In this document: piece by piece, positions 57,304 through 64,000 of the stretch
How positions within the stretch are numbered: the stretch's first letter is position 1
Layout of the letters: each line of letters starts with the position of its first letter
IMG/VR virus record: IMGVR_UViG_3300042898_000852
Coordinates: 1 to 64,000 of that record
Source of the DNA: a virus
Length of the DNA: 64,000 nucleotides
Strand: one strand, 5' to 3'
The notes under the pieces: model-generated
Told to the model about the DNA's origin: nothing
Seen by the model: the letters and a program-made list of their open reading frames with translations, nothing else
The model's database searches: none
Translations under genes and position numbers: made by a program

Positions 57304-59973
57304 TTACTCAAAGTCAAACAATTTTGCAAATGTGTTATCACTGCGAGTTGAACTGATATCCCATTCCAAGACACCAATCAAGTTTTCTAGCTTTTCATCG
57401 ATGACTGCGTTTTCCATTTCAGCATCGTTGAAGGGCAAGTCTTTGAACCATTGAGGTAATCTCAGTTCATCTACCGGATAGGCCACTGATGTATACCCCA
57501 TTGGATTATCTTTGACCTTGCAGACAATGACTTTAGCACCGTCTGTAATGGCTACAGAGTATTTGTCATCCATCATACGTTTCAAAGTATTCCAGTTAAG
57601 ACTTGCTCGAACGTGTCCGGGCATGTTAGTCTTACCTGCTTTCTTTTCTTTGTCGCGATATTGAGAAATGTTATTGGCACGTTTTGGACTACCCTTCTCC
57701 CAACCCGGTCTAGTTTTAAATTCAGTGCGGAAGTTAGTGATATATTCTAACACTTCCTCCTTACCTGCACCGTTGAGCACTTTAGTAAGTACTTCACTAA
57801 GAAAATCTTGAATTACTACAGGAGTATCAGATCTTTTTAAATCAAGTCCCATTGCTTTGATTTTTCCAGGAGTACCCCCAGTGTCTGTTCTTTTTCCTTC
57901 TTTGTCGTAATAAAGGACTGCATATCTCTTCTTGGTGATGAATAGTCCTTTGGAAGCAACAATCTCGCGACCTGCTTTGATGACCTCTCCTCGAGACTTC
58001 GGGCAGTGAAAAGCATCTTGCATAAATTTTGGGAAAGTTCCATTGACAGTTTCTCCTATAGTATCATAAAGTTCAACAACTGATTCCTTACTCCAAGGAA
58101 TTGCTCCTTTCTCAATGTCCTTCTTTAACGTAGCATACGCTGAGAAGTAACAAGAGTCTGTGTCACCGTAAATGATTGCTTTGCCTATATGATCATTTTC
58201 TCCGGTGATAATTTCGTTTACTTTACCTGCCATGTGACGAGCAATGGCACGCCCTGTAAGTGTAGTCGACTGTCCAATTCGATTGTCAAAGAAACGGCAA
58301 CCTGGATTCAAAATAGCACCATACAGGCTGTTCAAGTTAATTTTCTTGACCAACTGACGTTTGTCCCAATATTCTTCTTCAATTTTATTACCGGCTGCAA
58401 TACAATCCTTTAACTTAGCCTGCATGTCTTTACGTTCAGCATACCACCGCTTGAGTAGTCCTGGAATGATACCTTCTTTCTCATAGGTAAAGATTGTACC
58501 GTTTGCTGAAAGCATCCAAGGCTGATTACTTTCAAAGATTAGATCATAGGCCTGTGCTGCACTTAGTGTATCTACTCCTCCATCTTCCCAATCAATAGTA
58601 ATTTCTCTTCCAACATTTCGTTCTAACACAGCGGAATATTCTAGTGAACCAAATACGCCTTCCCATGCTGATGCAAATGATTTACCTTTAGCAATTTCGG
58701 CAGCAATATAATCTTTAGTACCATCTTGACGCAGTTGTCCTACAATAGTTTCCGGACCCATGTTCAACGCTCTAATTGCAGAGGGATACAATGAATTAAT
58801 GTCTAATGAGCCAATCCACTCGTGAATGCCTTTTTTGGGATAAGCAACATAAGCACCAGCGGCTTGATTACTAAATCCTTCCTCTCGACTTATTCTATTA
58901 GGAACAATCATTCCGCGTTTGTGAGCTTCGTTGATAATGGCCTGCTCTGTAACAGCCACCGCACCCATTGTTGTTTGAAGTAGCACAGTACATTCATGAG
59001 CCAGTGTGTTAGCAAGGGCTAAGAACTTTAATTTCTTGTCCAACTTTTCCAATAGCATACAGTCTTGTCTATTGTATTCGATAAATCTACGGAAGTCATT
59101 GTTGTACAATTGATCAAGTGTGCCTTCGTAGACAGTTTTATTTTCTCCAATCTCCATCTCACCGATAGCATCTAATCGATATGTATGACGTTCTTCATAT
59201 GTGTATTTTCGATATAGTTCGAGACTGTCTAAGTGTACACGACCTATAAGATCATATGTAACCGCAGCCTTGCCATACTTTTCGTATTCACGTTTCTTGG
59301 GGAATTGATTCCATAAACAAAAACGTCTTGTATCTTCTTTACTGAGCACTTTGGTAACACGATTAACTGTATAAGGAATATCAAAGCCTTCTGAGTTCCA
59401 ACCACTCAGTACATCCGCATCTTGTATTAAATCCAAGAACATGTCTAACATATCTGCTTCGTTATCAAACAAATAAGTGTTAGGAAATTCTTCGACCTGC
59501 TTCTTAGCTTCTTCCATACTCAACGTTTTGGGCGGAATTGCCAAACAGATCATGGTCTGCATCCATTGTAGGTAGACAGCAATGGCAGTGATTGGCATAA
59601 ATGCATCTTCTGGTGATGCATAGCCACGTTCTGGATCAAAGTCTACCTCAATGTCAAAGAACGCTATGTTTAATTTTGGTGCGTCTTGATTGAGATAATG
59701 ATCTTCCAGGCAACGATATATGGGATTGATATCACTTTCAAACAGTTTTTTGTTTGAATGAATTGCAAGTTCTTTGCGATGTTCTTTGACATTTTTGGAA
59801 CTCACTCTTGAAAGAGGTTGTCCAAAAATACTTGTGAATTTACCCTTGGCGTCTGGGTAATAAAATATATGACGGGCAGGGTATTCTTTGTAATGCCGTT
59901 CGCCTTTATCATTGCGCTCAACAACATTGATGATATCCTGCTCTCGATTATAGAAAGCGTCTACGTAACTCAA
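57304..59973 (-). CDS. Family B DNA polymerase (gp43-like), TTG start
   Basis: Exonuclease motifs FDIEV, GWNSEGFD, YNRQD; polymerase motifs DINSLYPS, KINLNSLYG, YGDTDS, KKRYA. Confidence 0.97.
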   Translation of the reverse strand: MSYVDAFYNREQDIINVVERNDKGERHYKEYPARHIFYYPDAKGKFTSIFGQPLSRVSSKNVKEHRKELAIHSNKKLFESDINPIYRCLEDHYLNQDAPKLNIAFFDIEVDFDPERGYASPEDAFMPITAIAVYLQWMQTMICLAIPPKTLSMEEAKKQVEEFPNTYLFDNEADMLDMFLDLIQDADVLSGWNSEGFDIPYTVNRVTKVLSKEDTRRFCLWNQFPKKREYEKYGKAAVTYDLIGRVHLDSLELYRKYTYEERHTYRLDAIGEMEIGENKTVYEGTLDQLYNNDFRRFIEYNRQDCMLLEKLDKKLKFLALANTLAHECTVLLQTTMGAVAVTEQAIINEAHKRGMIVPNRISREEGFSNQAAGAYVAYPKKGIHEWIGSLDINSLYPSAIRALNMGPETIVGQLRQDGTKDYIAAEIAKGKSFASAWEGVFGSLEYSAVLERNVGREITIDWEDGGVDTLSAAQAYDLIFESNQPWMLSANGTIFTYEKEGIIPGLLKRWYAERKDMQAKLKDCIAAGNKIEEEYWDKRQLVKKINLNSLYGAILNPGCRFFDNRIGQSTTLTGRAIARHMAGKVNEIITGENDHIGKAIIYGDTDSCYFSAYATLKKDIEKGAIPWSKESVVELYDTIGETVNGTFPKFMQDAFHCPKSRGEVIKAGREIVASKGLFITKKRYAVLYYDKEGKRTDTGGTPGKIKAMGLDLKRSDTPVVIQDFLSEVLTKVLNGAGKEEVLEYITNFRTEFKTRPGWEKGSPKRANNISQYRDKEKKAGKTNMPGHVRASLNWNTLKRMMDDKYSVAITDGAKVIVCKVKDNPMGYTSVAYPVDELRLPQWFKDLPFNDAEMENAVIDEKLENLIGVLEWDISSTRSDNTFAKLFDFE

Positions 59974-59979
59974 ATTTTT

Positions 59980-60051
59980 CTCCTATGCAATTTACGGCTT
60001 GCAAATACCAGTGTGCGGATTATGGCCTCGCCTACCTTCTAACTTTATTTA
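59980..60051 (-). promoter_or_regulatory. Polymerase leader: late core TAAATA, two hairpins with related loops, AGGAG SD (putative translational operator)
   Basis: Minus strand TGCAA-GCCGTAAA-TTGCA (59986-60003) lies 1 nt upstream of the SD; a weaker GCGAG-GCCATAA-TCCGC lies at 60015-60031. Confidence 0.5.
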
Positions 60052-60339
60052 ACTAATTAGCATCCGGACGAGTCCGACGGTGTCGATTGCGGTAAGCAAG
60101 ATATAATTAGCCAGCATACCAAAGGAACGACGACTATAAGCACACCAAGCGTATATAGCACAACCTGCAATCCAAATGGGGTACAAGACCAGAAGAGGAG
60201 GATTAGGCACGGTTGCGGCCATAGTGATAGAACAGCCAATAGATATAGCCCAAGCAAGGACCTCAAGACAAAAACGTACTCTATGACTTTTGTAGTCCTC
60301 TCGGATCCAGCTAAATGTTCCACCTAGTATCTCATTCAT
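60049..60339 (-). CDS. Small membrane protein (about three TM helices)
   Basis: Hydrophobic segments throughout. Confidence 0.7.
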   Translation of the reverse strand: MNEILGGTFSWIREDYKSHRVRFCLEVLAWAISIGCSITMAATVPNPPLLVLYPIWIAGCAIYAWCAYSRRSFGMLANYILLTAIDTVGLVRMLIS

Positions 60340-60599
60340 TCCGGTAGACGTTTAGTGACACCGAGAATCATTTCAATGTCATTCCATTCTTGTTCGTGGT
60401 CTTTCCAGTTGTCTTTGTGTGCAATTCGAATTGCCTTGTTTATGATACTGGGTTTGATCTGCAGTTCTTCTGCCACAGCTTTAACAGTTTCTTTAAGACC
60501 CTCTTGCAGATCTTCTAATTCACGAAGCACATTAGAACCTTCACTGATCAAACGTTCTAGTTTGGCTTTTTCTTCGGGACCGTACATTCTTGTTGACAT
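60336..60599 (-). CDS. dsDNA-binding protein (T4 DsbA / GapR-like)
   Basis: LERLISEG...LKETVKAVAEELQIKPSIINKAIRIAHK helical pattern. Confidence 0.65.
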   Translation of the reverse strand: MSTRMYGPEEKAKLERLISEGSNVLRELEDLQEGLKETVKAVAEELQIKPSIINKAIRIAHKDNWKDHEQEWNDIEMILGVTKRLPE

Positions 60600-60618
60600 A
60601 ATTCTCTCCTATAGGACT

Positions 60619-60647
60619 ATTATATAGTCAAAGAAAAAGCCGGTCAA
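60619..60647 (-). promoter_or_regulatory. Strong sigma70-type early promoter TTGACC-N17-TATAAT for the replication/modification operon
   Basis: Near-consensus hexamers with 17-nt spacer. Confidence 0.75.
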
Positions 60648-60662
60648 CTAATTGCCGGCTTT
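60630..60662 (-). terminator. Rho-independent terminator after the internal-protein genes
   Basis: AAAGCCGG/CCGGCTTT stem with a T-tract on the minus strand. Confidence 0.8.
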
Positions 60663-60685
60663 ATGTTACCAAACGGCAAATCTAT

Positions 60686-62113
60686 TTAACTAGATCCGTC
60701 TCTGCTCATTCCGACTTGGCTCAAGATCATAATACTTAGTACGCCTGGAATAATTAACCAAGCTGGGCCACCGAAAATTCCTGCGATCGTTGCGGCTGCG
60801 CCTCCTAGTATTCCTGTTAAACTTGTAAGTTTTTCGCCCAAGGTTGCACTTGGATGCCAAGCATCGATGCCACCTAATGTTCCCATACCGCTCTTTGGAT
60901 CTTTTTTCTTCTGACCAAAGAAGTCACCAATTGGACCTTCTTCAATGGATTCACTAGCAGCTTCTGGTTTAACACCTAGTGCCTTAGAAATTGCTTTGAT
61001 ATTTGCTAATGTAAAATCGCTTTTATCTGCACGGTCTTTACCTAACACTTGTTTAGCAACTGATGCCATTTTATCTTTTTCTTCATCTGAAAGTTTTGGT
61101 GCTAGTTTAGACATCAGCATGCTTTTGACTTTGTCCATCGTGCCTTCATCTAAACGTGAGCGATTTTCAACTATTTTTTTTTTCGACTCGCTCAATACAT
61201 CATACATTTCAAATGCACCACCCATACGTTCGTAGACCATACCAGCATAAACATCAGCCTTCATGCCTTCGCCAATCTTGGTTTTAGCAACACGTTGTGC
61301 CCAAGCCCACAGTTGATTGTCTACGGGATCAATCTGTTGCTGGCCACCACTTTCAACAACCAGTGCCATCATTTCTTTGAATGATAGATTAGATTCAATT
61401 GATTCTTTAACGGTCTTCTTTTTTCCAAAGAATTTTTCTTGAGCAGCACTCATTCCCTTCTTGCCGGCTGGCTTGTTACCGCCTTTGTCAGCAACTGCCT
61501 TCTTCATTGGCTCTTTCTTGTCACCGTCTTTGTCCATGTCTAAGAAGTCTGGCTTAGCACCTTCGTCCATGATCTTGGACATCTTCTTTTTCTTATCTTC
61601 TTTTTTCTTCTTGGCCTCAGCGGCGCTTTCTTCTTTCTTGGCCTCAACCATCTTCATGAACTTGCTTTTGAATTGTGGCTCAATGCTTTCTACTTTCTTG
61701 CCATCTTTAACACGAGTCACTGAACCCTTGCCGTGTGCTTTTTCATAGTCCTTGCTGTCTTTGGCATGGGCTTTGTCTGCTGCCTTGTCGCCTTCCTTGT
61801 CTGCTGCACTTTGTGATTTAGCATTTGACTTAGGTTCAGTATGCGGGTCATCGCTGAAACGATTTGGATTTTGTTTATGCTTGGTTACGCCTTTTGTTGA
61901 ACGATCAATAGTTCCACCTGTAGACGATTTTTCTTCTTTTACATCTTCTTCTTTCTTCTTCTTGGCTTCAGCAACATAAGTTGTTTGGCCAGCTAGAACA
62001 CGAAGTTGCGCATCTTCGTTGAGCTGCACAGCTTTGTCTAGTACAGGGGCTGCAGGAGTTGTCGGTGGTGCTTCCATCCCGTCAAGTTTGCTGAGTATTG
62101 CTTTAAAGTCCAT
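60686..62113 (-). CDS. K/E-rich probable internal head (ejection) protein with C-terminal transmembrane hairpin
   Basis: Many hydrophobic-X-E sites (QLNE, YVAE, MVE, VKE, VVE, LSE, IVE, LDE); PDFLDMDKDGDKKE motif; hydrophobic C-terminus. Confidence 0.55.
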   Translation of the reverse strand: MDFKAILSKLDGMEAPPTTPAAPVLDKAVQLNEDAQLRVLAGQTTYVAEAKKKKEEDVKEEKSSTGGTIDRSTKGVTKHKQNPNRFSDDPHTEPKSNAKSQSAADKEGDKAADKAHAKDSKDYEKAHGKGSVTRVKDGKKVESIEPQFKSKFMKMVEAKKEESAAEAKKKKEDKKKKMSKIMDEGAKPDFLDMDKDGDKKEPMKKAVADKGGNKPAGKKGMSAAQEKFFGKKKTVKESIESNLSFKEMMALVVESGGQQQIDPVDNQLWAWAQRVAKTKIGEGMKADVYAGMVYERMGGAFEMYDVLSESKKKIVENRSRLDEGTMDKVKSMLMSKLAPKLSDEEKDKMASVAKQVLGKDRADKSDFTLANIKAISKALGVKPEAASESIEEGPIGDFFGQKKKDPKSGMGTLGGIDAWHPSATLGEKLTSLTGILGGAAATIAGIFGGPAWLIIPGVLSIMILSQVGMSRDGSS

Positions 62114-62114
62114 T

Positions 62115-62426
62115 TTAGTTTCCTTGATTTTTTCTGTTCTGCCACTGATCTTTGAGGCTTTGTTTTACTGAGTTTTGAATAGATTCTTCAAAATCTCGAG
62201 GTCCTGATTCAATTTGTCCAGCTGCCATTTTTTCATATTCCATATAGTGATATACGGAACTGATATAATCAGCAGCTTTGGTAATTTTTGATTGTACCCA
62301 TCCATCTAATTCGTCGTTTTCTCCGATCAGTTTAAACAATTTGGCAGAGTACTGATTGAGCTTATATAGCTCAGCTCTGGCCATTTTGGCTTCGTGATCG
62401 TCGACTGGTTGTTTTTCTAGGTCCAT
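62115..62426 (-). CDS. Hypothetical late protein
   Basis: DHEAKMA...WVQSKITKAADY; TAAATA 5 nt before the ATG. Confidence 0.65.
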   Translation of the reverse strand: MDLEKQPVDDHEAKMARAELYKLNQYSAKLFKLIGENDELDGWVQSKITKAADYISSVYHYMEYEKMAAGQIESGPRDFEESIQNSVKQSLKDQWQNRKNQGN

Positions 62427-62434
62427 AAATGTAT

Positions 62435-62617
62435 TTATCTTCTTATAATAGATTCGCTGGGAGACTTACGTTTTCTTTTTGCAGTGTTATTTTGTTTATA
62501 ACTGCCGCCAAATAGTGTGCCTACAGCTGAACCCGTGCCACCTTTAATAAACGTGGCTCCCATACCAGCACTTGTAGCACCTGCTGTAGCTGTTTCCAAC
62601 AGTTCTTTAATCTTCAT
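62435..62617 (-). CDS. Small probable internal head protein
   Basis: MKIKELLE N-terminus resembles a capsid-targeting sequence; TAAATA 5 nt before the ATG. Confidence 0.55.
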   Translation of the reverse strand: MKIKELLETATAGATSAGMGATFIKGGTGSAVGTLFGGSYKQNNTAKRKRKSPSESIIRR

Positions 62618-62621
62618 ACTG

Positions 62622-62957
62622 TTATTTATTTTTCTTGGCGCGGCCTGCTTTCATGTTAGCTAACCAATGTGCTAGTTGCCCTTTACGCCCACCAGATTTA
62701 GCAGTTTTACGTAAACTACTTACTGATGCTTTAGTATTAATACCATGACGTTTAGAATCACCTTTATCTTGTGGATTCCGCCCGTCAGCAAAGTTTTCGT
62801 GCTCTACGCTTTCTCCGCCCCCACCATCGCCACCTTCACCTGAGTCTCCGCTGTAGCCAGCATAGTATCCATAGCCGCCGTACGGTCCCGGTCCGTAAGC
62901 AGCCCAACGGGGTCGCTTACGTTTTTTTCTTTCAATTATAAATTCTACAGCTCTCAT
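62622..62957 (-). CDS. Probable internal head protein, Gly/Tyr-rich and basic
   Basis: [10 protein letters not shown]-terminus; ENFADG...AHWLANMK motif. Confidence 0.55.
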   Translation of the reverse strand: MRAVEFIIERKKRKRPRWAAYGPGPYGGYGYYAGYSGDSGEGGDGGGGESVEHENFADGRNPQDKGDSKRHGINTKASVSSLRKTAKSGGRKGQLAHWLANMKAGRAKKNK

Positions 62958-63313
62958 TCGTGAAATTGATGATCGTCATGATAATTATCGGCTACAGAGA
63001 AACTTGAACCACAGCCACAGGATGTTTCTGCATTAGGATTACTAATACTAAATTGACTGCCTGATAGATCTTCTTTATAATCTATACTGGCACCCTGCAG
63101 ATATTGCATACTGGTAGCATCAACTAATACTTTAAAGTTACCTACAGGAAATTCGAAATCGTCTTCATTTTGTTCTTCGTCAAGAGTGAATCCGTAGCTC
63201 ATACCACTACATCCTCCACCCTGCACAAACGTACGAAGTTTAAGATTTGGGTTGCTTTCTTCAGCAAGAAGATCGGTAATTTTAGACTGAGCGTTTTCTG
63301 TAATTGTAATCAT
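62954..63313 (-). CDS. erpA: A-type Fe-S cluster carrier (ErpA/IscA/HesB family)
   Basis: [34 protein letters not shown]. Confidence 0.92.
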   Translation of the reverse strand: MITITENAQSKITDLLAEESNPNLKLRTFVQGGGCSGMSYGFTLDEEQNEDDFEFPVGNFKVLVDATSMQYLQGASIDYKEDLSGSQFSISNPNAETSCGCGSSFSVADNYHDDHQFHE

Positions 63314-63510
63314 ATTGGTTTTTCTCCTGTTAGGTATGGCTTACTAAACCATAATTGAAACCATTCTTTTGTGCCTGGTTGAATATTATGTTTTTTCATT
63401 AGTTCGCCTTTTTCATTGCCTGTAATACTTATATTGCTGCCGTCGTAGAGTTGATAGCCTTTGAATTCATTAATGCCTGCTAATTTTTTAATATGTTCCA
63501 GCTCATCCAT
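63310..63510 (-). CDS. Hypothetical phage protein
   Basis: Likely start [13 protein letters not shown] at 63510; [13 protein letters not shown]. Confidence 0.65.
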   Translation of the reverse strand: MDELEHIKKLAGINEFKGYQLYDGSNISITGNEKGELMKKHNIQPGTKEWFQLWFSKPYLTGEKPI

Positions 63511-63511
63511 A

Positions 63512-64000
63512 TCACATTCCGCCGCCCACAAGGTCTCCTGGTTTAGCCGACTTATTTTTCTTAGCACCATCATTGCGCCACTGGCCTGCTGGTCCTTCCT
63601 TGTGTCCAATCTTGGCGCCAGCAAACATGGAACCCTCGCCGACCTTAGTATCCATTTGTTTTAATAGTTCTTGTGCCTTTTCAACACTAATCATATATCT
63701 ACCAAAGCGATCGGGATTGGCAGCCTTTTGTAGATACTGTTTACTAAATCCAGTCGGTGTCGCAGCCGCCGGTGCATCAGCCGCCGATTTATTGTCAGAT
63801 GGTGCGGTTACTGTTGCTGTGGGTTTAAATCCACCAGTGTAGCCACCTTGTCCATCGGGTGTAACTCTAGCATTAGCACTACCTGCACCAAATGCCATAG
63901 CCCCTGCAAGTCCAGCAGCAGCAGCACCTTGTTTAATTCCTTTCCAACTAACTTCATCTAAACTTTCTGTAGCTGTTTCGCCTGTAATAGAAACGGTCCA
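63512..64000 (-). CDS. 3' part of a probable internal head protein, truncated at the window edge
   Basis: Open frame to the edge; KLDEVSWKGIKQGAAAAGLAGAMAFG; VGEG site; ends AKPGDLVGGGM. Confidence 0.55.
   Translation of the reverse strand, partial: WTVSITGETATESLDEVSWKGIKQGAAAAGLAGAMAFGAGSANARVTPDGQGGYTGGFKPTATVTAPSDNKSAADAPAAATPTGFSKQYLQKAANPDRFGRYMISVEKAQELLKQMDTKVGEGSMFAGAKIGHKEGPAGQWRNDGAKKNKSAKPGDLVGGGM

Noticed and set aside
57304-59973. Intein, intron or split in the DNA polymerase
   Set aside because: A single 889-aa ORF with contiguous motifs and no intein or homing-endonuclease signatures
1-64000. Stop-codon reassignment, CRISPR array, tRNA genes, DGR or invertible fibre cassette
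   Set aside because: Standard-code ORFs tile the window, including a 14.7-kb one. Intergenic gaps are short, with no repeat-spacer arrays or cloverleafs seen. No reverse transcriptase, recombinase or TR/VR-like nucleotide duplication was noticed.

Overview
The window is a 64-kb, AT-rich segment of a large T4-like (myovirus, probably jumbo) phage genome in the standard genetic code. (1) 1-2364, minus strand: gp46/gp47 (SbcC/SbcD) recombination nuclease and a gp55-like late sigma factor. (2) 2436-42076, plus strand, a late operon: baseplate genes (tube-initiator-like, gp53, hub, gp5, gp25, gp6), a 4896-aa gp7-like wedge protein carrying an FG-GAP propeller and CBM-like modules, four paralogous fibre proteins, two paralogous small virion proteins, then four glycosyltransferases and a SPASM/twitch radical-SAM enzyme. 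(3) 42128-64000, minus strand: RNase H/5'-3' exonuclease, a 7-deazaguanine DNA-modification cluster, sliding clamp, family-B DNA polymerase, a DsbA-like DNA-binding protein, probable protease-processed internal head proteins and an ErpA-type Fe-S carrier. The modification cluster contains a TGT-fold DpdA-like protein, FolE, an atypical QueE, a T-fold protein with the DpdL-type LxxxHRHxF motif, a GT-B glycosyltransferase resembling queuosine mannosyltransferase (QTMAN/GTDC1), a cupin, a MazG-like protein and dCMP deaminase. The best candidate for an undescribed system is this cluster, which predicts a glycosylated 7-deazaguanine DNA base. The second is a late-expressed glycosyltransferase cassette together with recurring D-S/T loop motifs in virion proteins (possible virion glycosylation). 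All homology calls come from motif recognition by eye; no database searches were run.
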